From: Squalus acanthias
Taxonomy: Eukaryota
Assembly (NCBI GenBank): GCA_030390025.1
Contig: CM059432.1
Location: 121,646,001-121,710,000 of the forward strand
Length of the DNA: 64,000 nucleotides
Reading direction: 5' to 3'
Made by a program: the position numbers and the translations under genes. Numbering within the stretch: position 1 is the stretch's first letter; every line of letters starts with the position of its first letter. The notes under the pieces were generated by a model. The model was given only the letters and a program-made list of their open reading frames with translations, was not told the DNA's origin and did no database searches. Of the stretch, positions 36,834 to 47,443 are shown piece after piece.

Positions 36834-39800
36834 CTAGAACCGGCGCAGCCCGTCTACCTGTGTCCGCTTAGCTATGATGCGTGGAAGCGACCTTTGGTGG
36901 AGATGGAGGTAGAGAAACAGAGGGGTAGTTATTTGTTGGACACGGGAGCTTCTTGCACCATAATCCATACAGATAACCCTTTTGACTCGCCGCTATCTAC
37001 CAAGGTCCCATTCACGTTAGCAGGGTTCACAGGAAAAGAACAGGCTGGCACGTTTTCCCTTCCGCTATCCATTCGTTTAGGAACACTTCGCCTTAAGTGG
37101 AAGTGTATACTGATGGCATGGCGGGAGGGGGGTGGAAGAGGTATTCTCGGGTCTGATCTCCTAGCGGGACACGGGATCCTCGTGGACCTCAGAAATCACT
37201 GTCTCTGGGGGGCTAAAAGTGAAAAAGGCGAGGTAATAGTGATTCCGGGGGAGGAAGAAACAGGGGTCCTGTGTACCGTACAGCCATCCGGGGGCTACGA
37301 CCTCAGGCTTATGGTCGCAGATGTCCCAACGGACATGCAAACGTACGTGTCAGATAATATGCACGCGTTTGCAACCCACAAGCACGATTGTGGGAGAGTG
37401 GTCGGGTTTGAGGTCAGCGTAGATGGGGACCCCATGACCCGACCCCAAAAGCAGTATAACTTCCCCAAAGAAGCAGAACCCGATATGGAGACAGCAATGT
37501 CCTCCTTGGTGCAGCAGGGCGTGTTGAGGCCGATAGCCACACACGTGAACTCCCCATTATGGCCGGTTAGGAAGCCGGATAATTCGTGGAGAGCCACGGT
37601 GGACTACAGAGTCCTTAACAGTAACATTCCCGCCTGCGCGCCCACGGTAGCAGCAGTTGCTGACCTAATAGGGAGCATCCCAGCGTCCGCGACCACGTTC
37701 ACGGTGCTGGATATCTCGAACGGTTTTTGGTCCATCCCGCTGCGGCGAGAGGACCAGTACAAGTTTGCCTTTACTTTCAAAGGACAACAGTACACATGGA
37801 ACTGTCTGCCACAGGGTTTCCACAACAGCCCCAGTATTTTCCATCAGTGTATGGCAGGAAGTTTAAAGGAGTTTAGTCAGCCCAATCAGATAGTACAGTA
37901 TGTGGATGATTTGCTCCTATTTACGGACTCAAGGGAGGAGCACGGACCACTACTGGACGAGTTATTGGAGCTGTTAGCGAGAAAGGGTTTTAAAATAAAC
38001 CCTAAGAAAGCACGTATCGGTCAGCGGGAAGTAAAATTCCTGGGACTGACCATACGCGCTGGGGAAAGAGCCATAGACAAAGCAAGGAGGGAGTCGGTGC
38101 AAGAATTACCGATTCCCAACAACGTAAGGGGTGTGAGGTCCTTCTTGGGACTGACCGGTTACTGCAGGGATTTTATCGAAGATTATGCGGCCACAGCAGC
38201 GCCGCTCCTCCGACTCCTCCATAAGGGGGTGGAGTGGTTTTGGGACGAGGGCTGCCAAGCAGCCTTCGAGAAGTTAAAAAGGGATCTGCAGACCGCGCCA
38301 GCCTTAGGGGCCATAGATGGGGGGAAGGAGTTTTTCCTGGAGGTAGCTGCCAGCGGAGACAGCTTAAGCGCCGTACTGCTCCAAGAGCGTCACGGCAAGC
38401 TGAGGCCGGTTGTCTATTCATCCAGGGTGTTAACGGATGTGGAGAGAAGTTTCTCCAATTGCGAAAGGCACCTTTTAGCCACGCATTGGGCTGTGAAAAG
38501 ATCAGCGATCTTCACAGGGCTCTCTCCCATCACTCTCCTCACACATCACACACCAACTAAGATGCTTCTGGATGGGAGGATTAAAGACGGGACCGTAAGC
38601 AGCGCGCGCATTGCGCGTTGGACCCTTCTTCTCTCCCAGTTGGATCTTAGAGTAAAAGGTCTTTGCGAGCCCAGGCTTGCGGCCAATTTGGTATACCCTG
38701 GCACAGCCCACCGGTGTTCGGTGGAAGGGGTGTGGGACGTCAACATAGGTTTACGGGCCGGGATACATCCCACTGGGCGCGAGATTTATGTTGATGGGTC
38801 TAGCACAGTATCTGCTGGCGAGCGACTCACAGGGTGTGGAGTTTATGACCCTGCGGCAGACCTTGCCCTGGTGATCAAGCTCCCTAGTACTATGAGCGCG
38901 CAGCAAGCTGAGCTGTCTGCCGTGGTGTACGTTGTGACCCACCCAGACATTTTCCCAACCCCATACACGATTTGCTCGGACAGTATGTTCACCTGCAATT
39001 CGTGTACGGAATACCTGGCCATTTGGTCTCGCCGCGGATACACCTCCGCGGACGGGCGACCTTTAACGGTGAAGCCCTTGCTGGAAAAGATTTTAGCAGC
39101 AGCAGTAGGGGAGGAAGGAGAGATTTTCATCCATAAGGTGAAAGCTCACTCCTCCACAGAGCCCCGTGGGGAGGGCAACCAGCAGGCGGATACGCTAGCC
39201 AGGGAAGGTGCCCGCAACGGCATTTTCTGGAACCCCTATGGGACCAGACCCATAGCAGCGGTTCGAGGCAGGGACGGGAATCCCGGGAACACCAGGGTAG
39301 CATTGCCCCTAGACCTTAAGACCGTCCAAGCCCAGGATCCCGCCCTAAAAGCAGTCCTAAAAACCATTGCTGAGGGGAGGCAGGTAGAAGGTCCGTACAG
39401 TACGGCAACCCTCTCAGTTAAGGAAGGCATGCTGTTCCGCGAGGAGCAGTGGGTTGTGCCGCAGCAGCACAGGAGGGAATTCCTCCAGTTGGCTCACGAG
39501 GGACCAGGGGCAGGGCACCCCGGGCCCGAGGTTACCTGGCAACGGGTAGAGCAAGCGGGATGGTGGCCAGGGCTCAGGGAACAAGTCCGCGAGTTCTGTG
39601 CAAACTGTCTTGTGTGCGCTGCAAACAACCCAGACCCCCAGAAAAGGAAGGTGCCCATGGGACACGTAAGAAGGGTAGAGGGACCATGGCAGTCGATACA
39701 GATCGACTATATAGGACCCCTGCCCACCACCCAGGGAGGTTATAAGTACTGCCTCGTCCTGGTGGATGTGTTTTCCAAGTGGGTGGAAGCCTTCCCTTGT

Positions 39801-41330
39801 CGAACAGCTACGGCACTGGGTACAGCAAAAATCTTGGTCCGGGAAGTGTTCTCGCGGTGGGGACTTCCCCGTTTTGTGGAGTCAGACCAAGGGAGTCATT
39901 TCACCGGCCAGGTGATGCAGAACACCCTCATGCTTTTGGGCATTGAAGGGAAGTGGCACGTAGCACACAATCCCCAGTCATCCGGGATTGTTGAACGTAT
40001 GAACCGGACCCTGAAGGAGAAATTGAGGAAAGAGACTAGGAACTCGCCCCAAAAATGGGCGGAAGTTCTGCCTTTAGTCCTCATGGGGGTCCGGGCCAGT
40101 CAGTCAAAAAGTACGGGGTACTCCCCGCACGAGGTAATGACCGGGAGGCTCATGCGAACCCCCACCCATGTGCTAGCACCGGTGCTCACTGAGGGTCAGC
40201 TCCAAGAGATAAGCAGGGACAAGTTCGCCCAGACTCTCTTGGAGCGCCTGAAGCAAGTTTATGAGCAGGCGGCTGGGAACATGGGAAGGCAGCATCAGGG
40301 CAATCGCTTGTTGCTGGAACCCCGCAAAACGCGGGAGTGGGAAGTAGGAGACCAGGTCATGGTCAGAAACTACGCCAGAGTAGGGAGTCTGGAACCACTG
40401 TATATGGGACCCTACAACATTGTAGACAAGGCGAGTCCCATGGTTTACGCCGTAAAAGTACCTCGGCGCACTAAGTGGTTCCACATAAACCAATGCAAAC
40501 TGTACCAGCCAGGTGCGCAAGGGAAAACTACAGGGGTAAATCCCACCAATGGGAAAGCACAGCCCCAGGTAGGACCACAAGGCACACAGGCAGGCATAGC
40601 AGCTTGCATCAGGGGAAGGGACATCCCGGACGATCATGCAGCGTTTTTCTGGAATTGGGGGTTAGATGAGGAAGAATTCAGGGTACCCGGGTCTGATGAG
40701 GATAGTGCAGATGAGGATAGTGATGACGACGGGTGGTTTCGGAGGAACGGTCCCTTTTACGATATGGAGGGGACGGGGGCTGCAGGTAGAGATCCACACA
40801 GGGTGGACACACAAGCTGCAGGTCCCGAAGACAGGAGGGAGGAGCTAGGGGAGGCAGGGCCAGCCGCTATGGGAGCACAGAGAGTACCGGTGTGGCTCCC
40901 AGAGATGTGGCCGCCCGCTTTGAACGTCCCGTCCTTAGGGGAGGCAGTTATCACGAGTGAAGGGCCGCCTGCTGGGCCGAGCAGGGCGGAGCCACAAACT
41001 GCAAGCCCCGAGGTTAGGGAGGCGGAGTCAGCGGAGGCGGAGCCAGCGACTGTGATGGAACCCCAGGTCATCCCGATGGAAGTCTCGGAACCCGGTCCGT
41101 CCGTCACGGAACCCCCGCCCATAGCAACTCCCCGTAGGTCAAGTAGAGAACCCCAGCCCAGGAGGATGTGGTCATGTCCCCAGACTGCCCCAAGGCGTAA
41201 ATTTAAGGTTAAGATAACCCAGATACAGGCCGGCCACATCGCAGCAGCAACAGGCTGCGGCAGATCAGAGGGAAGGGTCAGTGCCCTCCCACCGTCGGGA
41301 AGAGCTCGCAGCAGCCTTCTCAGAATTTAA
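36834..41330 (+). CDS. pol: Pol (PR-RT-tether-RNase H-IN plus acidic/Pro-rich tail), in frame with gag after a single TGA
   Basis: LLDTGA, LPQG, YVDD, IYVDGS..AEL..SDS..GNQQAD, HHCC, D-D-E, GPY; 20 open codons between the gag stop and ORF 36894. Confidence 0.96.
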   Translation, partial: LEPAQPVYLCPLSYDAWKRPLVEMEVEKQRGSYLLDTGASCTIIHTDNPFDSPLSTKVPFTLAGFTGKEQAGTFSLPLSIRLGTLRLKWKCILMAWREGGGRGILGSDLLAGHGILVDLRNHCLWGAKSEKGEVIVIPGEEETGVLCTVQPSGGYDLRLMVADVPTDMQTYVSDNMHAFATHKHDCGRVVGFEVSVDGDPMTRPQKQYNFPKEAEPDMETAMSSLVQQGVLRPIATHVNSPLWPVRKPDNSWRATVDYRVLNSNIPACAPTVAAVADLIGSIPASATTFTVLDISNGFWSIPLRREDQYKFAFTFKGQQYTWNCLPQGFHNSPSIFHQCMAGSLKEFSQPNQIVQYVDDLLLFTDSREEHGPLLDELLELLARKGFKINPKKARIGQREVKFLGLTIRAGERAIDKARRESVQELPIPNNVRGVRSFLGLTGYCRDFIEDYAATAAPLLRLLHKGVEWFWDEGCQAAFEKLKRDLQTAPALGAIDGGKEFFLEVAASGDSLSAVLLQERHGKLRPVVYSSRVLTDVERSFSNCERHLLATHWAVKRSAIFTGLSPITLLTHHTPTKMLLDGRIKDGTVSSARIARWTLLLSQLDLRVKGLCEPRLAANLVYPGTAHRCSVEGVWDVNIGLRAGIHPTGREIYVDGSSTVSAGERLTGCGVYDPAADLALVIKLPSTMSAQQAELSAVVYVVTHPDIFPTPYTICSDSMFTCNSCTEYLAIWSRRGYTSADGRPLTVKPLLEKILAAAVGEEGEIFIHKVKAHSSTEPRGEGNQQADTLAREGARNGIFWNPYGTRPIAAVRGRDGNPGNTRVALPLDLKTVQAQDPALKAVLKTIAEGRQVEGPYSTATLSVKEGMLFREEQWVVPQQHRREFLQLAHEGPGAGHPGPEVTWQRVEQAGWWPGLREQVREFCANCLVCAANNPDPQKRKVPMGHVRRVEGPWQSIQIDYIGPLPTTQGGYKYCLVLVDVFSKWVEAFPCRTATALGTAKILVREVFSRWGLPRFVESDQGSHFTGQVMQNTLMLLGIEGKWHVAHNPQSSGIVERMNRTLKEKLRKETRNSPQKWAEVLPLVLMGVRASQSKSTGYSPHEVMTGRLMRTPTHVLAPVLTEGQLQEISRDKFAQTLLERLKQVYEQAAGNMGRQHQGNRLLLEPRKTREWEVGDQVMVRNYARVGSLEPLYMGPYNIVDKASPMVYAVKVPRRTKWFHINQCKLYQPGAQGKTTGVNPTNGKAQPQVGPQGTQAGIAACIRGRDIPDDHAAFFWNWGLDEEEFRVPGSDEDSADEDSDDDGWFRRNGPFYDMEGTGAAGRDPHRVDTQAAGPEDRREELGEAGPAAMGAQRVPVWLPEMWPPALNVPSLGEAVITSEGPPAGPSRAEPQTASPEVREAESAEAEPATVMEPQVIPMEVSEPGPSVTEPPPIATPRRSSREPQPRRMWSCPQTAPRRKFKVKITQIQAGHIAAATGCGRSEGRVSALPPSGRARSSLLRI

Positions 41331-41582
41331 AGGGGCCGCCCTGAGAACGGGCGGCACTGTATAGTAATAAGTTTAAGTTTTAAGTTCATAGTTCAAGGTT
41401 AAGTTTATAGTTTTAATAAGGTTAAGATTGTAGTGTTTTTAACAGAAAACGATAATATGATGGGAGCTTTAAAGATAGGTTTAGTTAAAGTTTATTCAGC
41501 GAACGTTGAAGTTTACGTGAGGCGAGGTCAGGGGACCCGCTCACCCTTCACAAAAGCCAGAGACTCTTACGAGGCTGGCTAC

Positions 41583-41602
41583 CTCATTCTATCTGATCAC
41601 AG
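41583..41602 (+). promoter_or_regulatory. Candidate env splice acceptor
   Basis: CTCATTCTATCTGATCACAG|G, 13 nt before the env ATG; identical in copy C. Confidence 0.6.
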
Positions 41603-41615
41603 GAACCAAGGAAGG

Positions 41616-43968
41616 ATGGAACGAATTCTAGTATTGCTCGCGGCAATCGGATGTGGATTGGCCTATCGAGGCCGCACCAAGGATGTCGTGGTGTTTGGAT
41701 GTTCCGGGGACACGGCCCCCATCGCGGTGGATGGGACCGGAAGACGGGAGGCAGAGGAGACCAGCACCTATTTCCACAAGGGAAGGTGGCCAGGATGGCT
41801 GGGAACGAACTCAACGGAGTATTCTAGCACATCGGGGTTTGCCTACCAAGAGACTTCTTTACTGTGCCCCAAAGTAAGGATCATCGCACCCAGGATCAGC
41901 GTCACCGTCGGCAAACGGATTTGTTTGACTTGTAGTGGGAATGTCCCATTGAGCCGATGGTGGTGGCTGCGAAAGCTGAGCAAAACTATGAGGAACTCTT
42001 CGGTCGAGTGGGAACGACTGGGTAATAATACCCATCGGACAATTACGGGGACAAACGGACAAGTGAAAGTCTGTTGGGACAAATGGTGGGAGCCGGATGA
42101 GGGAATTTATGTATGTATGTGGGGGTCAAAGTACGTTTGCCCCAAAGGCATCTCCATATTCTTCATTAATCAATGGCAGGATAACGGACAGGGGATGAGG
42201 TGGGATGCGAGCACCAGGGGGTGCGGAGCCCCATTCTCCCCGATCCCAGTAAATGCCACTGAGCTCATTACGCGCCCACGCAAAGCCCCGCCCACGATTC
42301 CGGTGGTTCTAGCTGAGGAAGAAGGGTGCCCTAAAACTAGTAAGGGACCCGGGAATGGTTTGGTACTGGTCCCCACAGACCAGATACTATTTCAGGGGGT
42401 ACATTACGCGGTGGCCTCGGTGATTTTAAATCTCACCGAGGTGCGGTTACCAGAGTGGTGCCCCAAAAAGACGGAACAGTTGTATCAGGTCCTGTTGACC
42501 AAGATGTTCAGACAATTTTACGAATTCGATTTCGCGGAAATTGATAAAACAAGTTTGTACACCGCACCACAGGAAGTTTTGAATCAAGCAGGGAGGCAAA
42601 GAAGGGGTTTGGTGAACGATGCGTTCACCGCTTTTAACACAGGTACATCTGTGGTCAACGCTCTAGACAGTGTGGAGCTGCAGACCCAGATTAATGGTTT
42701 AAAGACACAATTAAAAGACATTCTAACAGATGAGAATAAAGTGGTAGGGTCAGGTTTACACGAGGACCAAGCCATGACTCTCCATTTAAAGGAAATTATA
42801 GCAGAGTTAGAGAAACATGCAAAGACGGTAAATGCCCTGATTAGGGAAGATCGGAATGCATCCGATCAAGCTGCGCAGAACGAGGTGTGCGTGCTTTACG
42901 GGGCGTGGTTACTGGGCGAGGGCCGCAGTAATTTGGAGGATTTAAAACAAGGTTTGGTTCCGTCCTGGATAAGTAACAAACACCTGCGGGCGCTCCACCC
43001 TTTTCAGAACGCATTAAGTCCGTGCCAGCTCAGGCTAGCTTCAGAAGCTTACCCAGTCCCCGTGGACTGCGGACGTTCAAACCATACTATTATGGGAATA
43101 GTATTACGCATGCCGGTTTTGGGCGACACAGCAAAGCCCGCCCCGGTATATCGGGTAGAGAACATTGGTGTCATTCAGGGGGGAGCCCACATTCGTTATG
43201 CAGCGGTTCCACCTTACGTCATCCGCTGGGAGCAAACGATGACAGGTACAGATCTCTCTGGTTGTCGTGGCAGGGGAGCACACATAATACTGTGCCCCCA
43301 GCACTTGAATGCCTTTTTAACACCACAGTGCGGGTTCAGAACGACTGGCGCCAAGTCCATGAATTGCACCATGGAGGCAATGGCACAAGATCATGTGCCT
43401 CCGCAGGTAGCATACATCGGGGGTGGAACATATTGTGTTACCACTGCAGCGCAACACTACCAGCATGGAAACCGTAGCCGGTGTCCGGTGAGTGACAGCA
43501 GTTTCTGTTTTAAACCCAGGGCGGAAGTTCAAGTAGCACAACAGCGAATTGTCCCAATCCCTGAACGATCTACTGTTCATCTCACAGTAAAAGAGAATTT
43601 CACCGACTTGCAGCGATTCGTCGCGCATTTTGGATACCTCATTCCCCCTCTCCCTGAACACCTCACCAAACTTTTAAAAGCCGTCGCGGTGTCACAGAAA
43701 CATTTTTTACACATTAGAGCAGAAAACTGTCGAAATAGGAACAGACATTTTGGATATAGTAGTTCCACCGTGGTGGAATCTGTTCACTAATATTGAAGTG
43801 CCTTCATGGATCAGAATAGCCTCCCACATTTTAGTCGTATGCCAAGTTTTTATTGTAGTGTACCGATTGGTCATACATTGTAAAAGAGACAAACGCCTCA
43901 CCAAGCATGAAAACACGGGAGAGTGGCGAGAACGTTACGTGCGCGTGCACGATGAAAGCACCGTGTGA
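41616..43968 (+). pseudogene. env: env of copy D, +1 T in a T-run at 43703-43708 before the TM
   Basis: ORFs 41433-43790 and 43750-43968 together rebuild the copy C protein; could be a homopolymer sequencing error. Confidence 0.88.
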
Positions 43969-44407
43969 TCGGAAAATGGCGTCACTCCCGTTCGCCACGT
44001 GCGCCGCGGAAGTTTGTACTCAATCATGATTTTCAGAGATTGTAAATACATTGGGAACTCGACATGTTTTAAGAGTTGGTGTTGATTATTTTTGGTGATG
44101 GTGTTACAGTTAGAATTGATTGTTTTGGTTTTGAGTTTTGTTTTTCCTTTCCCTGAATAAAAGATGAATATACAGGTGATACGAGAGGCATCGGCCTGGT
44201 TACGCCGGGAAGGAAAACAAGTGGTGTAAGTTTAAGGGCAAATAATGCCTACGGTGATATAAAATGTAATTTTCTTGGGAAATAAGGACGACACAGAGAC
44301 CCTAGCTAGGTTAAAATTATGGGATTAATTTGCTGGATTCGGAGAAATCGAGATAATATTGCTCACCACTATGATTTTTGATACGATAAGCGGAGTTATT
44401 CGCATCA

Positions 44408-44418
44408 ACAGGAGGGAC
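44408..44418 (+). promoter_or_regulatory. Short polypurine tract ACAGGAGGGAC
   Basis: Immediately precedes the 3' LTR in copies A, C and D. Confidence 0.8.
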
Positions 44419-46070
44419 TGTAGAATTCGCAATATATCGCGATTTTATTAATAAGGAGAAAACACAGAGTTTCGTTCAAACAGCTTTTATTTCAGCAGAA
44501 TGCTGACAGGTTTAAAGTGGACACAAGCAGCCTGTAAAATGGCCGCCGCACCTCGTGACAGAACATTCTAGACTTTTCAACAGGCAGACAAGATGGCGTT
44601 CCAATAAACATTTGTGCAAGATCGATTAAGATTCAGCACAGTGAAGATAATACACGAGACATTATGGGTTTGCAGTATACACATAAATACTGAAATCGGT
44701 CTCCCAGGTACAAAGGAAAGCCATTGTACCGAGTAATCAAGGGCCCATCCAAAAGACATTAATATGTAAAATCTCAACGACTCTACGATGAGAGAGCCGT
44801 TAGCAGGTAGTTATACAGGACACTTGGAAGCCCCAAAACCCCTCCAGGGAGAACACCGACCGATTTAACAATGGGAGAAATATTAACAGGTACTCAGACA
44901 TTTACGAGTAGCCCCGAAACCCATTAAGCACGGAGATCACCCATACAAGACATTTGAGCGCCAGACCCTAAACAAAAGAATGGACATTATAGTTGGGCGG
45001 GAAACGGAAGATTTTGCACTATAATTGCAGGCTCCAAACCGTCCATCTTTCTCTTATCCGATCGACTCTTATCATCGTGGCTGCTCCTGTGCTCTTGTTT
45101 TCGTAACCTCGTGGCTGCTCCTGTGTACTCGTAGTTGGGCTCGCTCCTGCTTGCCTGTTGCCTCTTTTGAAAAGGACTGTTGAACTTTCTGATCCGTTTG
45201 GATCTACCTCGTGTCGCGTAACGAAGACCTATATTGGTAACCGGTATCGGAACCAAAAGGCCCGAGAAGAGATGAGATGAGATGAGATGGGAAGAGACGA
45301 AGACCATACTTATCGCCACGGTCAGTAAGCCCCGACCGCGCCTGTAGGTCGAATTGACATTTTCCTTGCCAGGAAGACTTCTTCGAAAGAACGGACACCG
45401 GAAAATTCTTTTCTTCAGTATTGACTGGAATGTGAAAACCACCAATACAGATCTTCATCACAGCAGACGTTCCAGCCTGCTAGCCGGAGCAGCAGAAGCA
45501 AGTAAACAAGTGGGACCAGGAGATCTCCTGACCGACACGTGGGTGCTGCGGTGAAAAACATCCGATCAGCTATTCGGAATTTCTCCGAGTTATCACGAGT
45601 GGTGAGCATGAGTCTCGAGATCCTACGAATCTAGTTTAGGATAGATATTGATAGGGGAGGGTTTAAGGATTAAGGATATTTGTAATGTGTGCCCCTATTT
45701 ACTATGTGCCGGTCGTTCCTCGTTTCCCTAAGATCGACTATATAACTGTTTGTAAGATTGTACTGTCATTAATCTGTGCTTATGACATGTATTTCATAAT
45801 CTTAAGTATCATGCAATAAAGATTTTCCATTTCGTACCATTCAAACCGAGTCTACATGAGTTTCATCTCCATTACTGCTCTCGCATCTAAGTCCAGTGTC
45901 TAGAACCGTAAAGGCGAGTGATTCGAACCACTCACAGGTGTGTCTAGTGTTCCCAGACTGGCTGGAGACCAGAACAGGCAACAAGGCCGAGACCCGCACT
46001 GACATACAGGCTGCACAGAGCCGCGTGAATCTCACAGGCTGCGAGACACGCAGGGTCAGAATCCCTTACA
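44419..46070 (+). repeat. 3' LTR of copy D
   Basis: Near-identical to 33366-35017. Confidence 0.97.
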
Positions 46071-46347
46071 GTAGCCAGCCTCCCAAGAGTCTCTGGCTTT
46101 TGTGAAGGGTGAGCGGGTCCCCTGACCTCGCCTCACGTAAGAAGACATGTGCGCTGGATAGACTTGAACGATTCCTATCTCTAATAACTCCCATCATTTT
46201 ACCTCTTTCTGTGAAACAAAATTAAACTACCGACTTAACCCGATTTAAAACTATAAACTTATACTTAACCTGATTTAAAACTATAAACTTATAAACTCAT
46301 CCTAAACTTATCACTGTACAGCGCCGCCCGTTCCCAGGGCGGCCTAC

Positions 46348-47190
46348 TCAAATTCTGCGGTTGCTGCCGCAGGCTTCTCCCAACGGTGGGAGGGCGTTGA
46401 CCCCTCCCTTTGATCTGCCGCAGCCTGTTGCTGCTGCGCTGTGACTGGGCTCTCCCTGGGCTGCCTTAGCCTTGAGCCTACGCCTTGGGACACTCTGGGG
46501 ACTTGACCATATCTTCCTGGGCTGGGGTGTCCGACTTGACCTACGGAGAGCTACCAGGGGCAGGAACTTCAGGACCGACGGACCGGGTTCCGAGACTTCC
46601 ACCGTGGCGACCTGTGGTCCCACCACAGCCGCTGGCTCCACCTCCCCTGACTCCGCCTCCCTGAACTCGGGATCTGCAGCTTGTGGCACCGCCCTACTTG
46701 GCCCAATAGGCGGCCCTTCACTCGCAGTCCCTACCTCCCTCGAGAGCAAGACGTTCAAGGCGGGCGGCTCGGGCTCTGAGGCTTCCATCGCCACGCCCTG
46801 TAGTCCCACCACAGCGGCTGGCTCCGCCTCCCCTAGCTCCGCCCCCCTGCGTTCGGGACCTGCAGCTTCGGCCTCCACCCTTTGTGGATCTCTATCTGCA
46901 ACCCCTGTCCCCCCTATACTTGAATCGGGGGCGACCCTTTCGTCCTCCGATTCCAGCTCCTCCTCGCTTGTGTCACTATCTTCGTCGAGCTCCTCGAGCT
47001 CTTCCTCATCTGTCTCCCAACCCCAATAAAATATCTCACATTTTTCTAGGACGTCCTCTCCCCTGATGCAAGCTGCTTTGCCTGCCTGTGTGCCCTGTGG
47101 CCCTACCTGGGGCTGCGAATCCCCACTCGCAGGTTTGGCCCCTGTGGTAGGCCCTTGTGTGCCCGGCTTATACAGTTTGCACTGATTTAA
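46348..47190 (-). CDS. Retained open frame homologous to the post-integrase tail of Pol (~280 codons, no ATG at its start)
   Basis: Reads LNQCKLYKPG..QPQVGPQGTQAG..ACIRG..acidic tract into ORF 46348-46878; matches pol from ~40485. Confidence 0.6.
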   Translation of the reverse strand, partial: LNQCKLYKPGTQGPTTGAKPASGDSQPQVGPQGTQAGKAACIRGEDVLEKCEIFYWGWETDEEELEELDEDSDTSEEELESEDERVAPDSSIGGTGVADRDPQRVEAEAAGPERRGAELGEAEPAAVVGLQGVAMEASEPEPPALNVLLSREVGTASEGPPIGPSRAVPQAADPEFREAESGEVEPAAVVGPQVATVEVSEPGPSVLKFLPLVALRRSSRTPQPRKIWSSPQSVPRRRLKAKAAQGEPSHSAAATGCGRSKGGVNALPPLGEACGSNRRI

Positions 47191-47443
47191 ATCCCTGCTT
47201 CTTGTAGGCTGCTTTTATCTCTCTAAGCTGCCCTTCTAGCCCATCTACTTGCCCCATTAAGCGGGCGTTCTCCTCCCGCAGGGCCTGCTCTCTAAGCTGC
47301 CCTTCTAGTCCATCTATTTTCCCTATTAAGCGGGCGTTCTCCTCCCGCAAGGCCTGCTCTTTTAACCTGGCCTCCTCACAGGAGACCCCCTCCTGTGCGT
47401 GTCTTTTAAAAGGACACAGGTAGGCAGGCTGCGTGGGCTCTAG
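47168..47443 (-). CDS. 91-aa readthrough extension of Gag replacing Pol (coiled-coil, 2 x 23-aa repeat)
   Basis: In frame after TGA-CTA-G: LEPTQPAYLCPFKRHAQEGVSCEEARLKEQALREENARLIGKIDGLEGQLREQALREENARLMGQVDGLEGQLREIKAAYKKQGFKSVQTV*. Confidence 0.65.
   Translation of the reverse strand, partial: LEPTQPAYLCPFKRHAQEGVSCEEARLKEQALREENARLIGKIDGLEGQLREQALREENARLMGQVDGLEGQLREIKAAYKKQGFKSVQTV

Larger units (their letters stand above)
33366..46070 (+). mobile_element. ERV copy D: full-length 12.7-kb provirus (LTR-gag-pol-env-LTR), lokiretrovirus-like
   Basis: Two 1652-bp LTRs (only 2 differences noticed by eye), PBS, PPT, intact gag and pol; TSD GTAC/GTAG. Confidence 0.96.

Noticed and set aside
40757..41239. 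Antisense ORFs over the Pol tail (also 46472-47029)
   Set aside because: Shadow ORFs expected in GC-rich, low-complexity coding DNA
41433..41615. N-terminal extension of copy D env
   Set aside because: AT-rich intergenic sequence upstream of the acceptor, poorly conserved in copy C; a longer leader cannot be fully excluded
47183..47197. TTTAAAT as a -1 frameshift site linking the extension to the Pol tail
   Set aside because: The tail is in the +1 frame and the heptamer is not phased for -1 slippage from the readthrough frame
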